Positions 1 through 12,039 of a stretch of 64,000 nucleotides of DNA are shown here, one piece after another. The position numbers and the translations under genes are program-made. Location: the NCBI RefSeq assembly GCF_964355755.1, contig NC_092676.1, positions 25,810,871 through 25,874,870 of the forward strand, written 5' to 3'. Every line of letters starts with the position of its first letter. Position 1 is the first letter of the stretch. The notes under the pieces were generated by a model. That model searched no databases and was not told the DNA's origin. It was given only the letters and a program-made list of their open reading frames with translations. This stretch comes from Antedon mediterranea (lineage: Eukaryota > Animalia > Echinodermata).

Positions 1-729
1 TAGAAGAACAGGACATTCGGTTTATTCTATGTTTTTAGGTTTAGTTATACACAATGTTAACACGAAGCTGCCACACACTAAACACACAAACCGTATACCA
101 GGGAAGACTGTCACTCTTCCCTTAACATACTAAAGCATACGTAGCTAATTATATTAAATTAAATCATCATGACAGCTAGTGACACAGTATTGTTGGTCAA
201 GTATTTTTAGTGACATTCCCTACCTTATCAAATATTTAATGATTACCTGGTCTTAATGTAGCAGCACGATATTATACGGATTTTTTTTCTCAATAATACG
301 TTAGTTTTCTTCATTATTTTATATATTTTATGATAACGCCTACCTGCCTGTTATTGGTCGTATCATATATTACGCAACAGCAGTTAATCGTACGTAGCCT
401 ACATGACGCATTTTTAAAATAAATTATTTATCATTATTTATTTATATTAAGTAGGCTTCATATTCGGAGTTCTGAAAAAGATAAGTGAAGAACCTCTACA
501 GTTTACCACATTTTCCCTCAATGGAGTTCTTAATATACATAACGTCGTTATAAGTTTCTGTGCCCAGTGACAATTTTTGGTATAAACTAAATATTGATTA
601 GCCCTGAAGATTTAGGTAGAGAATTCAACCCCACCCTAACACCTGAGATCCACATCCACACCCCTCGAAATGATCTGGAATTATTTTTACAATTCATTGT
701 GAATTGATTATTCTATTCTACTAATCTAT

Positions 730-3700
730 TTAGTGAATTAACATTGATAATAACAAAAATAATAAAATTGTATAAAGCGCTGAAGAGGACAAAGATGCCG
801 TGTTCCCTTTACATGGATCGTTGTCACTGGTAATAAACGTAATACGGTTGTCCAGACCAGTTGTAATTGGAGAATAGAGATTTATATATTCAGCTAACAT
901 TGCAGTTTCAAGATTTCCTGTGTAGAAATAAGATGTAAAATCAATCAGCAGTGAATAAACACAAAGGAGGATGGAAACGGTAGAATGAATTGTTGAAGGG
1001 ATCTCATCTTTCCCTCTGATAGGATGTGTAGAAGTGGACTTACCGCGAACAGTGCCGCGAGAAATACTCAGAAGTTTTTCGAGTGTTTTCAATTCTCGAG
1101 TAGGCTACTTTTTCAAACTAATTTGTTACTGTCTGTGCTGAGGTCTTTTCAAGAAATTCCAAAACGTAAAATGCAGCAGTAGGCCTACCGATGTTGGAAC
1201 GCGCAATTATTTCTTCTTCGGCGCTCTTCAAACTAATGTTGTCTGCGTACCTTCTGTGCCATCCTTTAAAAGAAGACTGAGGAAGACCCTACCTAGGAAT
1301 ATATGATCAACCTAAGTAGATACTCAGGAACACACGTTGTTGGTACAGAGTCTCGTTTTAAATGCCAACGTCTATTACTTAAAGTTATAGTTTGTTATTT
1401 GCATACCGTACCTGATACTTGACTAATTTTATTTGTTTTGATGATCTCATAGCCATCGCCACCGTCTGCCATAAAGCTATTCATAATTACAGGATACACG
1501 GTTTCCAAATCAATGGGAACATAATGCGGTATCGTACAATTGGAACAGCGAACTTCTAAATCGACAACACGACTTCCGGCTTCTTTACGAAGATCGTATG
1601 AAACACGAATACCTAAGAAATTATAATAATTGTAAATGATAATTGTTTTTTATATAACTATATAATGTGGGAAACGGAGTACTTGATTCGAACGTTTCAG
1701 AGATCTTTATCATCTGACTGCTTGTTGTTGACAAGCAGCCTGGTGACGCCATTGGTTGTTGATGATGACGTAATTGTATATTTTATTTAACACCTTTAAT
1801 TGATATTGTTAAATAATAAGAACAAATAAGTTGATCCGGAAATCAGAAAATAACAAATTCACCAGAGCCATTTACATTAAAAACTCTTCGAGTTTAATTG
1901 TAGACGTAAAGATGAACAAACGTTAAACGTATAATTATATCTTGTTGCTAAAACTTGGTTAATCCTTAAAAGGTTAAATGTCTTGAATGAAAACTTGTTG
2001 AAGTCAGTTATTAAACATTCGTAAAGAAATTGCTATTGTGAACACAGTAGGAGGAACCCCAGTAATGGTTAGACATAGATTGGCATGTATGTGCAAAATG
2101 AAAAACGTACTCTATCGTACCTGACACTTGTAGAAACTCGCCCCCTATGTCACCTTCACCATATTTTTGAACAGCAAATTCAAACGCTTCCTTTAAATGT
2201 TGACCTTTTAATTCTACAATATCTACTGTATTACCAAAGGGTAACACAGTACTGATATCGCCTAGCCTTATATCGCCTATAATAAATAAGAACAAAACCA
2301 TATTTAAATCCAGAGACGTAGGCCGCGCCTACAATGCTTTTGACTCATGACTTGCTGATTCCGTCAAAACAGACACATTTGGTTGGAATCGTCACAATTT
2401 GAATACATTAATGAATTCAACACTTAATTGGCGCAATAAATGAAATATCGATGTTTTTATCAAGAAGGGCACACAGGAAGTTGCGTCTTCTCTCTTCTTT
2501 CGCTTTAACTGGATAATGAAGTCTGAATACAAAAAGAGAGTACAGGAAACCTAAACCAAATACGGGGTGCCGTCAATTAATACATGACATATTATATATA
2601 TTTTTATATGACACAGACATAATTAGTAGTGTCCCGAGTGGTGCCCCGTGTACACACACTCACCAACAGATATTGATTGTCTGATTCCTCCACCATTCCA
2701 TACAGCCAAGCTGACAGTACTCCATTTCAGCTCATCTGGTTCTCGGACGTTCATCTGAATGAACGCATCTGTTATTAGGTTACCCATGTTGCATTCTTGT
2801 TGTCGACACTGTTGTCGGTCTCCGTCCAATTTAACATTTGTTCGGCCTACGTATTGTCGAGAGATGTTTCCAACAGGTTCTCCCCATATATTAACATCAG
2901 ATAGTATGTCAGGGTCTAAAAGCCAAACAGATTCATGAATGCAAGATTTATTTTTCAAGAGAGACAGTGACATCTCAGTCAGCGTAACGTAGGAGGAAAG
3001 GGTCCCTGGTTTAGCACTCCAAAGTGGCCAATTAATGCATGGGTAGTTGCACTGGACCGCTCATGCGCTGGGCCCCTTCTTGGAAGTTTACCCAGAGAGC
3101 ACCACTTCCATTACTGCTGCTGTTACACACAATATAAACCAAAGACGAAAGAGATACGCTCCAACACTACTATAAACGAATAGAATAGCTGCTACAATGT
3201 TGTCAATGGTGGACTAACAACATACGGAATAACCAGTATTTTACAATAGTATTCCTTACCTTGATCAATTGAACTGTCCATTAAAATTGGGTTTCCTTGC
3301 CATGCGGTGACTTCTCCATTTTCGTCAAAGACGACCTGCAGATCGCCGAGATATTTTCCAAATGTATAATCTTGCACAACCAATACGTTACGACTAGGGT
3401 CGGAATCTGGGTGTACGACTATTGGATATGGACCATACGGCTCCTCTGTTGACGGTAGTGGTGTTCCTACAGAAAACAAAGTGTCAACTGAGGTGTATTA
3501 TAAATGTCGCGATTTTGTTCTAATTTTTTACTCAGACAGCATCGTACAACGAGACCCGACGAAACGTCTTCTCGTCGGTGCAGTGTGCTGTGAGTTGAAT
3601 CCCGACAAGACGAGTCGTCTTGAGATAGCGTCGGGCGTGATTTTTAGGTCGTCGGGAGACGCTGACTGAGTTGGCCCTAAGCTAACACAATTTTCAAGTA

Positions 3701-5353
3701 GGAATACTTAGACGTGGTTGTACTGATGCTAAAAACTGTTGTAGAATGTTCTTAATTATCAATTCATTAATATCAAGGTGCAGCTTTCCTGTATTGTGTA
3801 TTTTTTAAGTGTAGGAACAATCAAAGAAGGATGTAAGGTTCATATTAATTGTTTTCGTCCTATCTACTAAAGATCAGTAATTTTCCTAACGTAACTTTCT
3901 ATATTATGTACCTAAAGTTTCGTTCCCACTATAGCAGCTTTACTATGTAACCCCAACCTACCTGTGTATAGAAATGTGTCCGTATGTCCTCCAATGACAA
4001 TGTCTAAGCCGACTACTTCCCTCGCTATCTTCTGATCCATAGTTATTCCAGAGTGCCCTAAGGCAATTATTTTGTCCACCTGCGTGGCTTTCAATTTTTC
4101 AACTTCTACCTGAATAGCCTCGATTTCATCTCCAAAAACCACCTCCCCTGTACCAATGAAACAAAGCATAATCATTAAATGCAAAGTACGGTTACTAAGA
4201 ATACAAGGCCGATCCACCAGACGAATACGCACCATACGGTATACGTTCTAATGCTCTGTCTAAACGTTAGTGTGACAAAAAATGTGATATATAGACACGA
4301 TGATGTAATATTACTACCATATTTGGGCACATCACTTTTTTTGTCAAATTAGTTTGATAGTGTAGACAGAGCTTAAGATACGTCATTCTTTCCAACTTAC
4401 GAGTACTTGAAATAATTTCTGTATCTGAAAATGTGTATCCTATGATGCCAATTTTTTCTTGGCCCACATTGTACACGATTGATTTATTCGTTAAACCATC
4501 TAACACAGGTTCAGCACTTGCGTCCATGTTTGAGCTGAGCACAGGAAAAGTGACGTTTCTTAAAAAAGGCGCTAGACCATCCGGGTTGTTGTCAAACTCG
4601 TGGTTACCAAGAGCCTATTTTGGAAATAAAAAATATCGGTATTATATATTGTGAACTGAAGACGTAACGAGATACCTGGAGATAAATGTGAGACGGATGA
4701 GAACTAGTTTGAAGACGTAACGGAATACCGAGATCCTATAAATGAGAGTCAGTTTGAAGAAGACGTAACGGAATACTGAGAGATCTAACGAGATGGATGA
4801 GAACAGAGTTTGAAGACGTAACGGAATACCGAGACCCTTTATTGAGAACCAGCCAGTTTGGAGACGTAACGGAATACCGATATCCTAATGAGATTACTCA
4901 ATTGTGGACAAACATCGAAACATTTAGACGGAGTATTCCCAATGATACAAACATTCTAATATTTTATCTATTTGTGGCTATTGTTCGTATACATTTTCTT
5001 TGATTAACTTTAATACTCACCATTGCGTTATATCCAAGACGATTCATAAAGTACGATGCTGCCATTCCTTTATAATAATAAAACCACATTGTTCCTTGAA
5101 ACTGGTCGCCGGCATCCAGGAAAATTACGTTGTCTCTCTCGCTTCGAATCTGGTTAACTGCAGTTGCCCGACGGGCTACTCCGCCAAAACATTCACCTGA
5201 CGCTTCATCGTCCGTGTCACAATCCCCGCCATATTTATTAAATTGTTCAAAGCGCGCGTGTACATCGTTAGTGTGGAGAATGGTTAGATTAAAAGCAGAT
5301 ACAGACAGTAAGAGAAAATGTACGACGCATATATGAGGTAGAATCGTCATCAT
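730..5353 (-). CDS. NT5E: GPI-anchored ecto-5'-nucleotidase (CD73-like), 8 coding exons
   Basis: Exons with GT-AG boundaries and consistent phase: 5021-5353, 4401-4614, 3962-4147, 3260-3466, 2664-2915, 2121-2276, 1412-1612, 730-917. Signal peptide; metallophosphoesterase motifs LHTNDVH, DAGDQFQG, LGNHEFD, GHSG, GGHTDT; C-domain NGGGIR and LPFGN; hydrophobic GPI-type C-terminus. Confidence 0.95.
4252..4373. mobile_element. MITE family A copy
   Basis: GCTCTGTC...TTTGATAGTGTAGACAGAGCT inverted termini with ACTACCATATTTGGGCACATCAC core. Confidence 0.85.
4655..4890. repeat. Degenerate ~50-bp tandem repeat, 5 units, in an NT5E intron
   Basis: Core GAAGACGTAACGGAATACCGAGA recurs near 4657, 4710, 4759, 4811 and 4860. 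Confidence 0.85.
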
Positions 5354-5720
5354 TCGGAAATGTATTTCCTTTTTCCAAGTCAGATTGAGCTTAATAATCT
5401 ACAAAAACAAAATTAAAATATTACAATTATAAAAGAATGCATGGTACAAATTAAATACAACTATGACAAACATTTTTGCTTTGTTGTATTGGGCATAAAA
5501 CAACTGGAAAATAAAATTTTTTTTTTATAAAACACTATATTATATAAAAACCTATGTGTGATTAACACTGATATATCAACCGTCCCAAATCAAGGAGTCT
5601 GAGCTCACACCACTCATAGAGATATTATTGCACCACTGAACCACCGATACGTATGTTTCATAGTTACTGGTAAGTCATAGGCTATATAGGCCTACCTTTA
5701 ATATAGTTCAATTATAAAAA

Positions 5721-5791
5721 TGCATCGGCCGGGAATTGGACCCGTGTCCCTCGCGTGGCAGGCGAGAATCATACGACTGAACCACGTATGC
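5721..5791 (-). pseudogene. tRNA-Gly(GCC) pseudogene
   Basis: Reverse complement GCATACGTGGTTCAGTCGTATGATTCTCGCCTGCCACGCGAGGGACACGGGTCCAATTCCCGGCCGATGCA followed by TTTTT. It matches eukaryotic tRNA-Gly-GCC but has acceptor-stem mismatches and a mutated T-loop (GTCCAAT for GTTCGAT). Confidence 0.85.
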
Positions 5792-5856
5792 TACACGTGT
5801 ATGTTTCATAGTCACTGGTAAGTAGCAATACCTTTAATATTGTTCCACAATAAAAA

Positions 5857-5934
5857 CGCATCGGCCGGGAGTTTGACCCGTGTCTTCCGCATGGCAGCCA
5901 GATCCGAGAATTCCGAGAACTACGGAAGCTGCGC
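5857..5934 (-). pseudogene. Second, more decayed tRNA-Gly copy
   Basis: GCATCGGCCGGGAGTTTGACCCGTGTCTTCCGCATGGCAG parallels the 3' half of the 5721 copy, and the flanks are shared. Confidence 0.7.
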
Positions 5935-7284
5935 ACCTTTATGTTTCACTGATTTTCTAGGATTGTGCAATATTACAATAAAGTAATGTTTAATATCAAC
6001 GTACGTCTGTCAAATCGCCGGTAGGTATAGTAATACATTATGGCGATATAGTTGAGTCATGAGTTTGCATAATTTTTGTATATGAATAGTATTACCTATC
6101 TGTTCGCCTTGTGTTGTTGTATTTGTGAAGAGGGATTGTAAGGGTTCTTGACCTTTTAATTAAGCACACTCATTAACATTAAAGAGAAGGATTCAAACAA
6201 AAAAAAAGATTGAGAAAAACAACATTGACAAATATAAATCTTTTAGTTGATGCATGGAGGTAGTTGATGCATGGAGGTATACCTCCATGGTTGATGTTGC
6301 AGATGTGTATGTAATTATGTAAACATTTAAAAATGTGTGCCTCCTCCTAATATGGACCTATGTTCATGCTCCTAATATGGACAGTGTTATATAATGAACC
6401 TATACATTATCTAATTTATAGGTCCATGGTTATATTTTGCAACTCATTTTTTATTAGACTCATAGGCCTACCTGTAATTAGTGAGTCCGGTCCAACCAAC
6501 AGACCGACACATGATATTTGTAAATACAATGGATATGAATTATATAAGGAAAACAATTGTTAGTTATATTGGCATAAATTACATGGGAACATTAATTACC
6601 GTTGACAACAATTGCACCACTCAGTGGAGATACAGCAAGGCAATCTAACAACAACAGGATGCTGAGCTCCGGAGATCAAAGAGTTTATCTGTGGCTGCGA
6701 AACCCTCTTAACAGACACCGCGCGCCACGGACTATGTACACACAGTATGTTGGTATTTTTCGCAGCCAGACATAAGGTCAAAGGACTGTTATTGACTTGG
6801 CAAGGCGAGCTCAGTGTCCTGGCTGTCAGTTTGCCTTGAGTACAGTAAGAAGACAATTAAAACCCCCCCCCCCCATTTCTGATTAGAAATTCAAACTTTA
6901 ACATTATATTCTGTAGGCTAAACTACTGTATTACTTTCTATCGCAGTTTGAAAGCCTAGAGTACTATAGGCCTAAATTATGTTTTCCTACAAAACGGATA
7001 AGCGCCGTTGTTGATGAGTTGTAGTTAAAAGGTTGCAACTCTTTTACACACTATGGTGATGCGGTACGGGGGCGAATTATGCAGTTTTTTTGCGTTTTTG
7101 AAACCATATTACGGTATCATCTTATTGATTGAAATTGGAGAATTTTAATTATATGGCTAATTAATAAATAAAAGTAAATGTCGACCAACTTAGTTTAATC
7201 TTAAATTATACAAATTTATAAATTACTATCATAGTTAAATATTTATTTTAATGTTATTAACTTTTTCATTTATCATTGTGCAAT

Positions 7285-7467
7285 TTGGGATTGGACCGTT
7301 CTAGAGGTGTTTACCACCTGTTGGTCCCATCCTTCACTCAATGTACTTGGGATTGGACCGTTCTAGAGGTGTTTACCACCTGTTGGTCCCATCCTTCACT
7401 CAATGTACTTGGGATTGGACCGTTCTAGAGGTGTTTACCACCTGTTGGTCCCATCCTTCACTAAATG
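7285..7467. repeat. 62-bp tandem repeat x3, related to a dispersed retroposon-like 3' end
   Basis: TTGGGATTGGACCGTTCTAGAGGTGTTTACCACCTGTTGGTCCCATCCTTCACT at 7285, 7347 and 7409; an inverted single copy lies at ~20893-20946. Confidence 0.9.
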
Positions 7468-7765
7468 TTCTTTATATATGTTTTGTCTTTTTCTTGCTTT
7501 GTATGTACATTTTTTGAATAAATAAAAATAAATAATATAGGCCTATAAAGAATTGTTTAAACTTACCGTCCTTTGCAATTTGAAAAAAAAAAACCGCTTC
7601 ACCTTAACAAATTTCTCTAATATAAAATCAGGTAGTTGTAGACCTACTTAGTAAAACACGTCCCAGTACAAAGAATGTTTATATTTGTTGTAATGAAGAA
7701 AAGCATAAAGTCATTCTTTTATCAATTGTCTCAGCTTTTATACAGTTACATGTACTATCGAGGGC

Positions 7766-7795
<30 letters not shown>
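7766..7795. repeat. (AAT)n microsatellite
   Basis: About 9 perfect TAA units. Confidence 0.9.
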
Positions 7796-7797
<2 letters not shown>

Positions 7798-8164
7798 GGA
7801 TTTTTATAGCGCACATACCACCACTCAAGAGTGCTCAAGGCGTATGACGTAATCAAGGAAAGGATGTTGATAGTTTAAGATTAATCTATATTGGATTATA
7901 AAAGCGGGATAAAAGTGGATTAAGAATAGGACCATTACATGTAGGACTAATGGTACTTATGTATACGATATGTTTAATCGGAATGTAATCTTTGCGGATA
8001 AGTAGGGCTTAATAAAAGCATGGTCTGATTTTATGCCTAGGCCTATAGGCCTACCTTACAAACCTCAATTCACAGTATTTAACAATCATGTTCCTTGTTA
8101 AAACATAGTTTTCAGCGAATTATCAGTTGCTTTAAAGGATGTATGTATGTAGGCCTACTGCATT

Positions 8165-8391
8165 AAGGGTCCGGTCTTTAACACCTGTTCCGGCACGGTT
8201 CCGGTCCGGCGCCAGAAAATCAAATCGAACGTCAATGTTTCGTTTTCACGTGGCTACGCGCATATCGATTGGCGCATAGCTGCGATCAAACGAAATTACA
8301 TTACATTGAATTTCAATTTAAATAGCGCCTTTACAAGGATCAAAGCGCTACAATGAACGAACCATGCCGGAACAGGTGTGAACGACCCTTT
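8165..8391. mobile_element. Palindromic MITE, PIF/Harbinger-like
   Basis: AGGGTC...ACACCTGTTCCGGCACGGTTC and GAACCATGCCGGAACAGGTGTGAACGACCCT form imperfect inverted ends with TWA flanks. Confidence 0.6.
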
Positions 8392-10580
8392 ATGGAATAA
8401 TAAAAACATGTGCGTATGAACTGTATGCTGTGTCACCGTAATACCGCTTCAGTATTGGCTCATCCGATATCTCTTGAACGATCTTGGGATCGTCAAAATA
8501 CGGATACGTTATCATACCATGAGTAAACAAATAAATAATATGTATTATTCCATGACTATCCGTCCCCTAACATTAATACTAAGCATTAATATTAATTATG
8601 AGCATAACTACTGTCTTCATTTTGATTTTCCGAATATCTGGTAGTAGGCCTACACACAATTTACCAATTAGCTTTGATCAATTCAGTTCAGTATCAACGG
8701 CGCAGATCCGAAATTGCCGCCCATTTACGCCCTTTGAATATTCCTAAATACTAAAGATTATCTTATTCAAAAAAATCAATTACCCACGATACGAGGAAAA
8801 TATGTAAATACTGACGTTAAAGCTCTTTATTACCCTAGGCACGTTAAAGAGGATGAGAGAGAATCTGCATGATTAGGCTAAACGTCACGATCTTCCTTTT
8901 ATCAAACAGGAAATTACAAACAAAGACATTATTAGATAATATTACAAGAAGATATAAGCAGGGAGTCAACTCCCTGATATAAGTATTATCTATCTAGGTC
9001 CTAGTTTAGCCAACAAAAATGAGGAAATATTTATGTTGAAATTGTAAACTCCAAATAAATATGAATCGAGTAATATTTACATTATATCTATTTAATTTCG
9101 TTTGAAATTCGCTGGATAAAAGTAGCCTACTTTTCTCTTGAGTGACGAAGCTTATCTATAGTTAACACTAACCTATTTGGACAAAAACGTCAAAATAATT
9201 GCAAGTCTTGTAGGTTTCGCAAGTCCGTCAAAAACTTCTGAGCTCCTCCAAATAATAGTCCTGTAATAGTATTAGTACATCCGTGTCCGGGATTAAAAGA
9301 TGCGAGTTCGCGGAATAAGCGAGAACTGTACGTCGTCGTCGCTGTAGCCTACTCTCAAAAACTCGCATAATTATACTCGCATACATGCAAAGCACGGCTA
9401 TATAATTAATAAACAAGTACTGTTCAATTATTTGACCATCTTCAGAATAAATTGTATTGCTAGTCGAGTACGGTTCACGCTTGCTCAAGCACTGCATTGA
9501 CCAATATATAATATTTGAGCAAAAACATACAGGCATCGTATACATAATTCGATGTAAATCATTATTCATGAAGAGATGACTGTATTATAAATAGATTTTA
9601 GCCTAAACAACATTATTAGTTACTCCAGTTACCTGACCATTATTGTATTGTTGTCTAAATCCAAATCAGAGCCTAGTTATGGGCCTACCTCTTTTCACAT
9701 CACCTTACCTGGCAAAACTCCAGAGTTTACACATACCGGGTTGAGGTTAATTTTCCCCACCACATCGTCCTCTGTGCATGGACATTCATGCATTATATTT
9801 TACTTTACATAATCCGGCGGATCACCGTACTTTGAATCCCCTCTCTCACCCCACGGCGTCCATTTTTTCCTGGACTGCCCATTATAATGTTTTCGACTAT
9901 TTTACTGAATGGAAGAAAATTCATTGAAATTGTGTATCACCAAACATTCACATAAAGTTTAAACATACCTACCTCACGATCCAGCCGAGCCGGTCGGTGT
10001 GGCTGCGCTGATGACGGACAAATTAAAGTTTGTCTTTGTTCGAATGATTGAAAAGTCAGGTATTATACGATTTCTATAGCTATTTCTATTCACACACAGT
10101 TCGGGGATGAGTGACGTTTGGTAGTAAAGATATATTTGTTATGTCAATCATTAATCTTATCAACACAGTTAATTCCACTCGAAATTGTAATATATGTTTG
10201 GTTAGTTGTTGAAACAATTTTTAGCATAACGTTGATGTTCAATACAAAATGCCTATACATTTTGGACTTTGTAGTAGGCGTGAAAAAACATCTAGCATTT
10301 TAAAATTATAACAAGATAGGAACACATTGTGACCGAGGCGATTCCTTGATGGGACATCTCATAGTGAAATCATAGATAGGAGAATAATATTTACAAGTTT
10401 TTATACGACCTGTGTGAACAAAGAGGTCGTGCTAAAGTTTATATTCTGTAAATATACACTTTTATTGTAATCGATTACCATTCCAAGTCAATATTTGCAG
10501 TACAAGGCAGGGGCCTGATATGATTGTACTGTATATTTAAAAACACATTTTGCATGCCTCTGTGACGTCAGACGCATCAA

Positions 10581-10740
10581 GTGTGACAGACTCATCTAAC
10601 ACCCCACCCAACATCTCGGACACCTGAAATATATAAGGGTGTGACGACTCATCTAACACCCCACCCAACATCTCGGACACCTGAAATATAGAAGGATGAC
10701 AGAATCATCTAACACCCCACCTACCCAATATCTCGGACAC
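10581..10740. repeat. ~57-bp tandem repeat x3
   Basis: GAC..CATCTAACACCCCACC..AACATCTCGGACAC repeated three times. Confidence 0.85.
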
Positions 10741-11146
10741 ATAGAGAAAAACAACGTCATTTGATCTGTGTTCCTAACAACTAGACCTCTATCTTACTAG
10801 TTCGTCGTAAACATACACCAAATTTACAATTTGCTAATAAAGCTAATAAATAGGATCGACATATGATAAATATATAATATGTTTTATTATAAAGTCCATA
10901 TACGTACATACCATCAATTATTATACTTCATCATTGCACAACCTTCCACGCCGTAGATCTAATAGCAAAAGAGAGTGTTTGTGCCTAATATAATCGAGAG
11001 GAAAAAAAATGTACAACAAATCCCTACGGATCACGGTCATAATTATATTACAAACATCTGGTTGATCCCTGTGGCGTAATTGTTTTAATAAAAAGTAATG
11101 TACCGATTAGCCGTTGAGTAATAACTCAACAAATTGTTATTTCTTG

Positions 11147-11297
11147 TCACTATCAAACTTTATGTGACAAAAAAATGTGATGTGCCCATATATGAACATG
11201 ATGCTGTCATATCACTACCATATTTAAGCATATCACTACCATATTTGGCCAGATCACATTTTTTTTTCAAACTAGTTTGATAGTGTAGACCCTGCTT
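11147..11297. mobile_element. MITE family A copy, left tip eroded
   Basis: CACTATCAAACTTTATGTGACAAAA...TTTGATAGTGTAGAC. Confidence 0.85.
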
Positions 11298-12039
11298 AAG
11301 GTAGCATTTTTTTACAAAGTGACGAACATTTTTTTCTTTGATGGTTTATGTCTGTTACTGCATTATGAAAGTTATAAATACATTTTAATAAAAAATTGTT
11401 ATTCCTTGTAAGACATGTGATAGGAAATTGAAAAGACCTCTCATGTTAAAATGATTGACATTGTGGATGTCAAACATAATATAACTGTGTAGGTTGATCT
11501 AGTAGGACCTAATAGGTCTACTTATGGGAAAAGGAACACATCTGGTAAGTTGATATATTATGACTATACGTGACTATTATAATACTTAGAATACCTAGAT
11601 ATACAGTAGGCATATTATAAGTTGCCTTCGTTGTTTTTGATTGATTGATTAATGGTTATTTTTATATTAAGCTGTAAACATTCATATCTGATATTTTTCC
11701 AATAAAAATAGTAGTTTTCCGTGTATGAATTGGAAATGCTTGCTTGTTTTAAAGTCCATAAAAAGTAGTTGGCTGAATCCAGCTCTCTCTTCGAAATGAC
11801 ACTTTACATCAATGTTGAGTGGATCGATTAAGTAACAGCGGACGCCGCACATTTTGTTGGCACACCTTGCCAAAAATAAGTTCTTGTACTACGTCCGTCA
11901 ATGTACGGTTAACATAATACACAGCCATTCGACTCTTATATAATTAATTCATTCTTTTAGATATATAAAGCTGAACTGTTATTTATTCTAACAGGATAGA
12001 CATAAATCTAATCATAACGAGGTCAAATTACTTGACGGA

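Noticed and set aside
4655-4890. CRISPR-like appearance: a ~25-bp conserved core with variable spacers
   Set aside because: It lies in a spliceosomal intron of an animal gene, the spacers resemble each other, the cores are degenerate and there are no cas genes. It is a decayed minisatellite.
5721-5791. Functional tRNA-Gly gene
   Set aside because: Two acceptor-stem mismatches and altered D-loop GG and T-loop, so it is called a pseudogene.
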